Assembly: GCA_944332075.1 (NCBI GenBank)
Contig: CALVJL010000001.1
Coordinates: forward strand, 217,620 to 281,619
DNA: 64,000 bases
DNA from: an uncultured Bacilli bacterium
GTDB taxonomy: Bacteria > Bacillota_I > Bacilli_A > RFN20 > CAG-449
Direction: 5' to 3'
This document shows, in pieces, positions 10,043 through 18,771 of this stretch; positions within the stretch are counted from its first letter, which is position 1; each line of letters begins with the position of its first letter. Made by a program: the position numbers and the translations under genes. A model generated the notes under the pieces. It worked only from the letters and a program-made list of their open reading frames with translations, was not told where the DNA came from and did no database searches.

Positions 10043-10330
10043 TTATAATTTTTCAATACAATTTATAAAATAACTCTCATCTTTATCTGTCGTATCTTCT
10101 ATATTAAAGTCGTAATCACATTTTATGACTAAAAACGGATAACCAACGTCACATCCAATAGAAACGTAGATTTCACATTGAAGGATATCTTTTAACAATT
10201 TAGAATATTGTTTTGACATATCAATGCCGTATTTTTCTTTCATTATTCTAATAGCATCTTGATTAAGCACCATCCCTGATGAGTATGCCTCTAAATCTGG
10301 TCTATAGACTTTGCATAAAGCTTCAGCAAT
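10043..10330 (-). pseudogene. arsC: Arsenate reductase (LMW-PTP/ArsC type) remnant lacking its N-terminal P-loop
   Basis: Frame reads IAEALCKVYRPDLEAYSSGMVLNQDAIRIMKEKYGIDMSKQYSKLL...SIGCDVG...IEDTT; no CxxNSCRS loop upstream. Confidence 0.75.
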
Positions 10331-10850
10331 TGGTAAAGTACCAAAAATATCAGCATACCTCGGTGCTCATAAAATTGTTACTAGAGGCCCTCCATACCAA
10401 TTATTTTCTCCTAATATATTTTGAATCCAAAAATCATGGATAACATTATGTATTATGCAGTCAATACCAACGCCAATTATGATATATAAAACAACTTTTT
10501 TATAGGTTTGAACCATTTAATCTTTAGCATATATTTAAACGCTCTTTCACGGTTAATGTTGGTGATTCTATATCAATTGATCCTCCATGTTTAACAAAAT
10601 TTCCAACATGATTTCCTAAAATATTTTTTCAATAATTGTCCCACCGATAAATACTAATATTAAACCAACTACAACATAAGCAATGACTATTTCCCAACCA
10701 AAGAAATAGGCGAGTAACATTAACGATTATAAATCAACTATTGGACTAGAAATTAAAAATCTAAAAGTTGCCACGCTAGGCAAACCGGCTCTTGTGAATC
10801 CGATAAAAACGTGAACAACAAAGGCAAATACAAAAGTTACTTTAGGATGC
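10316..10850 (-). pseudogene. ArsP/DUF318-type permease remnant
   Basis: Across stops and frameshifts: GFTRAGLP..FLISSPIVDL, AYVVVGLILVFIGGTIIEK, SIDIESPTLT, KKVVLYIIIGVGI, ILGENN, YADIFGTLPIAEAL. Confidence 0.75.
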
Positions 10851-11336
10851 AATAATATATAAGGTGATAGTGGCAGCTGAAAGATGCACGTCTTCTCACG
10901 TTGACGAGAAGATAATCAAAATTGTTCGTAGAGGTTTTAAATCAAGGCGTGATAGAAAAAGAAGATTACAAATTTCGGTTTTGAATCAATAAATTAATGA
11001 CTATCATAGATGAGATAAAAAAATTGAAGAGCTTATTATAAGGAATATGAAAAATCATCAGACTTTCCAATTTTTTCATATAAATACTTAAAAGAATACA
11101 GCTATCAAATTAAGAAGTATAATGATGCAGAGGCAAGATGCGATACATCTTTTGAAGAAAACAAAAAAGAAAGTTCAAATACATTAGTATCTTTGTATGC
11201 AATGAAACTATTAAAAACTGTAATCACCTACTACTTGAATTCAGTAAATAACTGTTCTATATCAATTAATAGATTGATGTATAGTTATCATATTTAGTCT
11301 GTGAAATATCCAAAAAACTACATTACATATTTATAT

Positions 11337-12356
11337 TTATTGAAACTTTTTAATTGCATTTTCTAAAGCCTCATATTTCTGTTTAGTATCATCTCGGTCG
11401 TTAAATAACGCGACAGAATCTAAAATTTTGTCTTTGTCCTTAAAGATTATTCCTACTCGTGCTTCATTCAAAACAAGAGAATTTATATAACAAACATCTA
11501 CTGCATAAATTTTTCTTACCCTATAGATATATTCATCATCCATACTCATATAACCATAAGTTTTGTATTTATTATTAGGAGGAATAATTGCATCACCTTT
11601 TATTTTAGACATTGCGATAATTTTACTAAATAATGTATTATTTTGAGTATTATTTTTGAACATGATGTGATTAAGTAATAGCATTCTAGTAGGCGATAAT
11701 GGTACTAAACAATGCAAATGAATATTTACTCCTCCAACTGGAAACACTTCTAAAGTCGGATAAATATCCGAAAGGATAAATTGACCACCTCTTGCATCCA
11801 CGAACGTCATATAAAACCCCATTAAATCATTAGTAAAATCCAGTTTGATAATAGGGTCGATTAATTCAGAATGTTGAATATCTTCATAATTTCTGCAAGA
11901 TGCAAGGACATCCAGTTCTCTTTTCCACAATTCTTCAAAGTTACCATCTGGTTGAAATTTTATTAATATATTTCTAGTAGACTCATCAAATGCATTATTT
12001 TTGTATTGTTCCATCCTAGAATTTGATCTAAAAGACATAAGAGTAATAAAAATTCGCAGTTTTTCTAGCTCAATTCTTTTAAGAACAATTTCGCTCTTAT
12101 TTAGTATTTTATTTGAAATCAGCTCAGCAATTTCGCGCTCAAAAAGGGAGAATTTTGTTTCAATTTGTGTAGGATCTTCTCTATTGATAGCTTCATCTCT
12201 ATACATATCGATATTCATAAAGACGCTTTTAGTATTTCTTTTCTCAAGCTTATTGGTTGCTTTATTCCAATATTTAACTTGCTCGTTTTCATCATTAAAA
12301 TTTCTAAGAATAAATTGAGGTATATAATGATGCTTTCTAGCTTCTTGCTTATTCAT
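11337..12356 (-). CDS. DUF4238-domain protein
   Basis: N-terminal KHHYIPQFILRNF motif; SD AGGAG supports ATG at 12356. Confidence 0.75.
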   Translation of the reverse strand: MNKQEARKHHYIPQFILRNFNDENEQVKYWNKATNKLEKRNTKSVFMNIDMYRDEAINREDPTQIETKFSLFEREIAELISNKILNKSEIVLKRIELEKLRIFITLMSFRSNSRMEQYKNNAFDESTRNILIKFQPDGNFEELWKRELDVLASCRNYEDIQHSELIDPIIKLDFTNDLMGFYMTFVDARGGQFILSDIYPTLEVFPVGGVNIHLHCLVPLSPTRMLLLNHIMFKNNTQNNTLFSKIIAMSKIKGDAIIPPNNKYKTYGYMSMDDEYIYRVRKIYAVDVCYINSLVLNEARVGIIFKDKDKILDSVALFNDRDDTKQKYEALENAIKKFQ

Positions 12357-12440
12357 TTTATAATCTCCTACACAAATCAATTATACAATAATTTTAAGTC
12401 TATTAACGATTACACTAATATTTAATAGTCGAAATATATA

Positions 12441-12478
12441 AAAAAAGACAATACTTTCTATTGTATCGTCTTTGTGTT
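12441..12478 (-). terminator. Terminator after tRNA-Gly
   Basis: Minus strand AAAGACGATAC-loop-GTATTGTCTTT plus T-tract. Confidence 0.65.
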
Positions 12479-12483
12479 AATAA

Positions 12484-12557
12484 TGGAGCACGCAACGGGA
12501 ATCGAACCCGCCTATTCAGCTTGGGAAGCTAACGTTCTACCAATGAACTATGCATGC
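12484..12557 (-). tRNA. tRNA-Gly(CCC)
   Basis: GCATGCATAGTTCATTGGTAGAACGTTAGCTTCCCAAGCTGAATAGGCGGGTTCGATTCCCGTTGCGTGCTCCA; cloverleaf with anticodon CCC and encoded CCA. Confidence 0.95.
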
Positions 12558-12635
12558 AAGTAAATTTATTTTACTAAACTTTAGAGAAAAATCAATATCT
12601 TAAGCTTTTTACAGTCTAGCAATTAACAATAAGAC

Positions 12636-13301
12636 ATGGTATTATTAGCATGTGACCATAATATGAATCTATTTGTTATCATTTTATTCTATTTTATTTT
12701 TTGCACTATCGAATTATTTTTTGCTTACACAGAAAACGAAAGACTCAGAAAGCTTTTTAAATGCCTTCCTCTGTTTATGCTTTTTCTAGGAGCTTTGATA
12801 AGTGAACCAAATAATTATCTTCTATATTTACCATTTTTATTTTATGTCATTGGTGATGCTTTCTTGTTATCAATGCAAAAAAAGTATTTTGTCTATGGAA
12901 CGATTTGCTTTTTAATCGGTCATTTAATAACCACGATTAATGTGCAGGTTGATAGTATTATTTATTTATATGAGCACTTATTTATTCAATTTGCTGCATT
13001 AATTGCTGGATGTGTTCTAGTATTGATTTTCTTAAGAAAACATTTAAAGAAAGATACCTTATCTGGAGGAATATATTTTGGAACACTACTAGGCAACAGC
13101 GTTTTAACTTTTATAATCGGTTATTTAAATTCAAACCCAGTTTATTATTGTCTAGCTCTTGGTTTTGCATTATATTTCTTTAGCGATTTGATGGTCGTAT
13201 ATAAACGTTTTTATCACCGTGTAAAACGCGATGATTTTTATATCATGTCTAGTTATTATTTAGCGGTTTTCTTCGTATTTCTAGGCTTGTTTCTTCTCTA
13301 A
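12636..13301 (+). CDS. YhhN/TMEM86 lysoplasmalogenase-like membrane protein
   Basis: KCLPL, GDAFLL, GTICFLIGHL, YFFSDLMV motifs; multi-TM. Confidence 0.7.
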   Translation: MVLLACDHNMNLFVIILFYFIFCTIELFFAYTENERLRKLFKCLPLFMLFLGALISEPNNYLLYLPFLFYVIGDAFLLSMQKKYFVYGTICFLIGHLITTINVQVDSIIYLYEHLFIQFAALIAGCVLVLIFLRKHLKKDTLSGGIYFGTLLGNSVLTFIIGYLNSNPVYYCLALGFALYFFSDLMVVYKRFYHRVKRDDFYIMSSYYLAVFFVFLGLFLL

Positions 13302-14189
13302 TTCTACTTTATGACGAGTCTTAGAATAAACATAGGCTTCTGTACCAACAGAAAGAATATTTGTCGTATAAATAAAGAAAGGTATAGCTAGGATTAACGC
13401 GTATAAAACGTTAAATAATAAGTAAAATAATATTACTAATAAAACAACAATCGCAAAAATAATCACATCTGATAAGAAGAAAAATAAGGCATTTTTAAGT
13501 GTGACAATTTCGCGGAATTTAATATGTCTATCATTATAAATAACGTATGCTTGAAATAGTGAGACATAGCTATTAAGTATTAAAATAATAAATAATGTGA
13601 TGAAAATAGATGGTGACCAGAGTGCACCAAAGAAGAAGACGATTGCAGTATAGAAAACAAAGGTAATCGGCTTAACAATATAAGAAATAATTTTTTGAGG
13701 TAAAGTCTTTCTAGCCGACGATCTTCTAATAGCCATTGATGTTAACAGGGAAGAGACTGGTATTGATAGCAAAATTAAAACGAGATTAACAGTTAAATTT
13801 CTTACTAAATTATTTACTGTTTGATTAACTAAATTATTGATATCTCCTTGAGCACCATCAAAGTTTTCAAATAGCAATTCTAGTAACCCATTTATCGCAT
13901 TTTTCAAAAAAGATCCATCGAAAAGTTGGATTAAAACATCAGCAACTGATCCATGAAAATTAATTTGTTGCAAAACACTATTAAGATAAGCTACGACAGA
14001 TTCACTTCCAACATCAACTTGCTCACCAACTAAAGAGCTAATTTGATTAATCAAATTCATTACATCTTGAGCCGATGAAGTAATAAAATTATAAAGGAAT
14101 ACTAAAATAGCCAGATAGACGATGCCCATCGGGATAAAAACGTAAAGAATATTTTTAAAAAAAATCTGTAAATTACTTTTGATAACCAT
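13281..14189 (-). CDS. Hypothetical multi-pass membrane protein
   Basis: 302 aa with about five hydrophobic segments and a helical soluble loop. Confidence 0.7.
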   Translation of the reverse strand: MVIKSNLQIFFKNILYVFIPMGIVYLAILVFLYNFITSSAQDVMNLINQISSLVGEQVDVGSESVVAYLNSVLQQINFHGSVADVLIQLFDGSFLKNAINGLLELLFENFDGAQGDINNLVNQTVNNLVRNLTVNLVLILLSIPVSSLLTSMAIRRSSARKTLPQKIISYIVKPITFVFYTAIVFFFGALWSPSIFITLFIILILNSYVSLFQAYVIYNDRHIKFREIVTLKNALFFFLSDVIIFAIVVLLVILFYLLFNVLYALILAIPFFIYTTNILSVGTEAYVYSKTRHKVELEKKQA

Positions 14190-14204
14190 TACTAATTATT
14201 TTAT

Positions 14205-14230
14205 AAAAAAAAGCTAGCTTTCGCTAGCGT
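14205..14230 (-). terminator. rpmB terminator
   Basis: GCTAGC-gaaa-GCTAGC followed by T7 on the minus strand. Confidence 0.7.
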
Positions 14231-14244
14231 TATTTTTATAAGTC

Positions 14245-14436
14245 TTAAGCTTTTTCAGCTTTACGGAGTGTCTTGATAGCTTTAGTAGAGAGCATAACTC
14301 TGCAAACGCGACCATCAATATTAACTTTAACTGGTTGTAAATTTACTCCCCATCTTCTGCGAGTAGCTCTTAATGAGTGTGAACGAGCATTTCCGCTTAA
14401 AGGTGCTTTACCAGTAAAAACACATACTCTTGACAT
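14245..14436 (-). CDS. rpmB: 50S ribosomal protein L28
   Basis: MSRVCVFTGKAPLSGNARSHSLRATRRRWGVNLQ; SD AGGAGG. Confidence 0.97.
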   Translation of the reverse strand: MSRVCVFTGKAPLSGNARSHSLRATRRRWGVNLQPVKVNIDGRVCRVMLSTKAIKTLRKAEKA

Positions 14437-14557
14437 TGATACGACCTCCTTTTCCTAAGACAATGGTTGGCATACTGATTTATTTTAGCAAAATACCAAC
14501 CTTATGGCAAATGTTTTATTTCCTAATTAGAAAATATTTTTTGTCACAAAACGTTTT

Positions 14558-15421
14558 TTAGCTTGCTGAGACATAATCATCAGGATTTAATAGGGTTCCT
14601 TCATAAGAAGGAAAGTCTCCTTGGTAATAAGTAGTTGTCACAGTTACGTCTTGCCAGTTGGCTTTAACTGCCCCAGCATAGAGTTCATCACTAGTTTTTA
14701 TTTCACTAGATATCACAAAATTATTTTCAACAATAAAAGTTGCTGCATTACGTAAAATTCTAGCAGGCGTTTGAGTTCCTTGGACATACTGAGTTATTGA
14801 ATAAGAATAAGAGTACTCACCATCTCCATTAATCAAATCGCCTTCAAAAGTAATACTATAGTTTTCTAAACCATCAAAATTTTTTAGGTTTTGCAAAGAA
14901 AGAATTTCATTAAAAGTAAATCCAATATTTAAATTTGCTTCCTCATAATTTGCTTCATAAGGCAAAACTGTCTTTTGATCACCATCATCAGTATTTTCAT
15001 AATCGATAATTTGATAAAAATAATTATCATCATGGAATCTTTGCATGATATAAGGTGAAACATCTTCATCATCTTCAAAATAGAAATTACCTATTCTTTC
15101 AATCATTCCGTTTCCGTCATTAACATAACGCGTGACATCAAAATCATCAAAAGAAGTAATGGTTAATGGGTCATAATCTGTTAAATAATTAATGCTTGTA
15201 ACCATTTGGGCGACAGCTTTATATGTTTTATCGGTAATAGCTGATAAATCTTCAATTAAGCCATCAATTGTTTGTTCCTCAGGAACTGATGAAATAGATG
15301 AAGGCGAAATAGAAGTCATCGAGGAAGTAGGTGTTTCGGAAGTAGCTACGGATGTTGATGTCTGTCCGCAGCTAAATAGTGAAACTGCTAGAAGTAAGAA
15401 TAAACACGTTTTATGTTTCAT
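14558..15421 (-). CDS. Lipoprotein, unknown function
   Basis: Lipobox LFS-C, Ser/Thr linker, acidic body. Confidence 0.8.
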   Translation of the reverse strand: MKHKTCLFLLLAVSLFSCGQTSTSVATSETPTSSMTSISPSSISSVPEEQTIDGLIEDLSAITDKTYKAVAQMVTSINYLTDYDPLTITSFDDFDVTRYVNDGNGMIERIGNFYFEDDEDVSPYIMQRFHDDNYFYQIIDYENTDDGDQKTVLPYEANYEEANLNIGFTFNEILSLQNLKNFDGLENYSITFEGDLINGDGEYSYSYSITQYVQGTQTPARILRNAATFIVENNFVISSEIKTSDELYAGAVKANWQDVTVTTTYYQGDFPSYEGTLLNPDDYVSAS

Positions 15422-15424
15422 AGA

Positions 15425-17410
15425 TTAAGCCTCTAAAGGTTCCGCGATAAAGTCTCTAGTTGTATAAGCCTCTTCATCATCAAAGGAAATCGCGCTTAAA
15501 TCATCAAGAATCTTACCTTCAGAGAAAGAGTAAACTGGACCTAATCCACTAGCTTCATCATCTTGATAATTTTCAAAATAAACAATGTTATCTTCTAATC
15601 TCCATTCAAAGTCGAAATGATATATCGCATCAGAATCTTCAATTTGATATCCAGTTCCGTCTTCTGAAAAGTATAAAGTATACGTATTTTTTGCATCCGT
15701 CCAATAATCTTTTACAGTAAGAACAAATTTATGAGTCAATAATAAGTTTAAATACTCATCCTCTGTTGATGGTGCAACGACTTTGATTGTGACCTCATCC
15801 TTAATTTCTGGATTTTCTTTAGCTGCGACAGTAATCGTTGTCTCACCTTCTTTAAGAGCCGTGATAGTTAAGGTTTTTTCATTAATGGTTGCAGAAGCGA
15901 CTTCAGCATCACTTGATGTAACAGTAAAATCTAATTTAGCTGTTGCAGGAGCGACACCTAAAGTTAAAGATACGCTATTGCCAACAACTAAAGAATAATT
16001 ATTAAGAGATAAATCATAGGTTGGAATAGTAATGCTTTCAACTGGATCAAATTCATTAATGGTGATAGTTTTTGAAACTCTCTTTTCACGGTAAACGCCA
16101 TTATCTAAGCCAAAATAAGACCAGGTTAATGTGGTCGTGCCGCTAGAAACTACTTCAAAAAAACCACCATCAAGTTTTACGACATCGGTTTCGGATGAAG
16201 AAACAGGTGATAATGAATATTCATCTAATCCTACAGTTTGAGAAGGAGTATAGACTGAAGGTAAAGCAAATATCAATGATGTTTCTTTTGGAACATTAGT
16301 AGCAGGGACTTCTTCTCTTGCCTCATTCAATATTTTTACATCTTCAACATTAGATAAGAAGAAATCATTTGCATCAATTAATGCTGCTTCAGACGAAGTT
16401 TTTTCACCATAAGTTAATTCAGCCTCTAAAGCACTAGTGACAATTGCCGCATCATCTTCTTCTCCTAAGAAATAGGATTTATTAGTATTTTCATAATCAA
16501 CAGCTAGAAGATAGTCTTTTTCTAAATCGATGGTGAAAGAAAGATCAATTGTAATATCAACAACATCTCCCATATCGCCATTATAACTATAAGCAATATT
16601 TGTTTTGTAGGTAGCTTCATTACCTTCTTGTTTTTCTAAGGTAAAACTATCAATGCCAGTTTGAGAAATCTGTGGGTCAGTAATAAATGTATGGACATAA
16701 TTATATAATGTCGCACCTAACTGGAAGGTTAAGGCTAATGGTACATCTTCTTCAACGAGATATGTTGATTCATCTAAAGAAGAATCAGCTTCTGGAAGAA
16801 TAAATAATTTTGATGTTACATCTTTATAATCATTAGATTTATAGGCATCATTTACATAGTTTTCAACATGATAAAACATCTTATAATCGTCGACATCTTT
16901 AGTTTCTGGATCTTCAATTTTATCAGTTTGTACTTGGCTGCGTTGTTGATATGTATCGGTGATAGTTTCTTCATCTGAGCTATCAGTATGGGTTAAAGTT
17001 CCCATGCCAAATGAAGATTGATCATCATAAACATCCAAAGATACATCTAAAATCGTTGTTAAAGTCGATGAATAAACACTTGTATCAGTAGTTTTCTTCT
17101 TTTCGTTTGAAGCAAAACGCTCATTATACATGGCATTATCTAGATATCCGGTTAAGGCTTCATCAAAAGTTAATGTTTCCGGTGCTTCAATCGGTGCAGA
17201 TGAAGCAGGTGCAGAAGTTGTTGAGGTTGCTATAGAAGTTGTAGATACCGATGATTCTACACTTACAGATGGTTCCGAAGCAGAACTAACCGCGGTCGAA
17301 ACATTAGTTATTTCTGATGTAGATGCACCAGTAGATAATGTTCCCCCACCGCAAGCAACTAACAATAAAGTAGTTGAAATAACAAAAAAAGATAGTTTGC
17401 GCTTATTCAT
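15425..17410 (-). CDS. Lipoprotein with a bacterial Ig-like (Big_2) domain
   Basis: Lipobox LVA-C, long Ser/Thr linker; LVVGNSVSLTLGVAPATA...VTSSDAEVASA...ITALKEGETTITVAA. Confidence 0.8.
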   Translation of the reverse strand: MNKRKLSFFVISTTLLLVACGGGTLSTGASTSEITNVSTAVSSASEPSVSVESSVSTTSIATSTTSAPASSAPIEAPETLTFDEALTGYLDNAMYNERFASNEKKKTTDTSVYSSTLTTILDVSLDVYDDQSSFGMGTLTHTDSSDEETITDTYQQRSQVQTDKIEDPETKDVDDYKMFYHVENYVNDAYKSNDYKDVTSKLFILPEADSSLDESTYLVEEDVPLALTFQLGATLYNYVHTFITDPQISQTGIDSFTLEKQEGNEATYKTNIAYSYNGDMGDVVDITIDLSFTIDLEKDYLLAVDYENTNKSYFLGEEDDAAIVTSALEAELTYGEKTSSEAALIDANDFFLSNVEDVKILNEAREEVPATNVPKETSLIFALPSVYTPSQTVGLDEYSLSPVSSSETDVVKLDGGFFEVVSSGTTTLTWSYFGLDNGVYREKRVSKTITINEFDPVESITIPTYDLSLNNYSLVVGNSVSLTLGVAPATAKLDFTVTSSDAEVASATINEKTLTITALKEGETTITVAAKENPEIKDEVTIKVVAPSTEDEYLNLLLTHKFVLTVKDYWTDAKNTYTLYFSEDGTGYQIEDSDAIYHFDFEWRLEDNIVYFENYQDDEASGLGPVYSFSEGKILDDLSAISFDDEEAYTTRDFIAEPLEA

Positions 17411-17522
17411 ATATTAGATTTTCCCCCTTATTAATTACCTATAAAACTAACACAGGAAGAATTAATGGTCAAGAAAAGAATAGAATATAAGAAAAATATT
17501 GCAAACTATCTAAAAATTTAAA

Positions 17523-18407
17523 TTATAAAATTATACTTCCAGAAATTCCAACGACGATTTTCAGTAAATCCTCTAATACTTTTTCATAATCATCTTCTTG
17601 TTGGTATGTAAGAAGATTTACGTTATGGCGAACTTGATTATAATAGAAATCAGCTTGTGTCTTTTGTTCGGTTTTAACTGATGTTACCCCGTCCGAAGTA
17701 TAATCACCGGTCAAGGAAGATCTATAACTATCTAGTGTTCCATTAGGATTAATCGTAACTATTGTTTCTCCTTCCATAGTTACAGATGATGCAAGAGAAG
17801 CATTGTAAGTAATACGATATGACCCATCCTCACCAACTTCAAGTTTTGTATAAGTTTCAGCATTAAGCAGACCTTCAATATCTATGAAACCACTGGCTGC
17901 TTGAATAATATTGTAATAAGCATCTTCTTCAACAGTAGGATTATCAGCGGATTTTACTTGATTTTCAATTTTAACTTTGTTGATTCTAACCATTTCTGTA
18001 TCGTAATTACCTTCACTATCAACTGCAGTAATAACTTCAGCTGCACCATCGATAGCTAAAATAGTTTTTTCGCTATTCTGGATAACAAATAAATACAAAT
18101 AGTTTCCTTCATTTTCCATTGAAATATAACCTTGAATTGAATCATCATTCATCGCTACTTCAAATGCCATATCTAAATCCATTTTTTGTGATAAGCCATA
18201 GGCTGCTGTCATTCCGCTAATTGATACGGTAAATCCAGCAGATTTATAATCGGCAGGTGTTTGTACTTTTTGACTAATCATTGCGACAGCTTCATCATAT
18301 TCAGCTGACCCCTTGGTAAGCTCTGTGTATTTAACCCCTCCACAAGAAGTCAAAATCAAAGTTGCTCCAAGTAAAAGAAATAATTTATTTTTTTTCATAT
18401 AACTCAC
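17523..18407 (-). CDS. Lipoprotein, unknown function
   Basis: Lipobox LTS-C; SD GAGGTG favours ATG near 18398. Confidence 0.8.
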   Translation of the reverse strand: MSYMKKNKLFLLLGATLILTSCGGVKYTELTKGSAEYDEAVAMISQKVQTPADYKSAGFTVSISGMTAAYGLSQKMDLDMAFEVAMNDDSIQGYISMENEGNYLYLFVIQNSEKTILAIDGAAEVITAVDSEGNYDTEMVRINKVKIENQVKSADNPTVEEDAYYNIIQAASGFIDIEGLLNAETYTKLEVGEDGSYRITYNASLASSVTMEGETIVTINPNGTLDSYRSSLTGDYTSDGVTSVKTEQKTQADFYYNQVRHNVNLLTYQQEDDYEKVLEDLLKIVVGISGSIIL

Positions 18408-18567
18408 CTCTTCATAATTATTATAAAAGAAATTAAGGTATTTAGAATATTTTTTATAATTTCATTATTATTAAAGTAACAAATTTCAAGTAATTTGGCG
18501 TCAGTTGCCTATTTTTTATTAAAAATTAATTTATTTTTTATTTTTCTTGACATAAAAAATAATCATT

Positions 18568-18600
18568 AATATGGCAAAAAAAATACCAAATATGGCAAAA
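18568..18600 (+). repeat. 12-bp direct repeat at 21-bp spacing (candidate AraC-type site)
   Basis: AATATGGCAAAA at 18568 and 18589. Confidence 0.6.
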
Positions 18601-18735
18601 TTTGCAATTATACTTTAATAATTAATTAGCACATGCAAATTATTTTTTTAGAATTTTTTTAATAAAATGGATTTATTTTTTTTCTTCTTTTTTTCAGTAG
18701 TTTTTTATCAATTTTTGATTTATTCTAATATATGA

Positions 18736-18749
18736 TGAAAACGCTTTCT
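18736..18749. promoter_or_regulatory. cre/LacI-type operator palindrome
   Basis: TGAAAACGCTTTCT; its reverse complement matches the site at 49470 at 13 of 14 positions. Confidence 0.7.
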
Positions 18750-18771
18750 TATAAATATGGGAGGTTTATTT

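Noticed and set aside
10365-10370. In-frame TGA at a conserved Gly of the permease, suggesting TGA recoding
   Set aside because: TGA terminates intact genes (9252, 55329, 58392), Trp is encoded by TGG, and the same remnant has other stops and frameshifts.
10860-11290. About 90-codon start-less frame (KEYEKSSDFPIFSYKY...) and a small CTTCTC/GAGAAG hairpin
   Set aside because: No family recognised; treated as decayed DNA.
9910-12484. Possible integrative element attached at the tRNA-Gly 3' end
   Set aside because: No duplicate of the tRNA 3' end and no integrase were found, and the tRNA retains an adjacent terminator.
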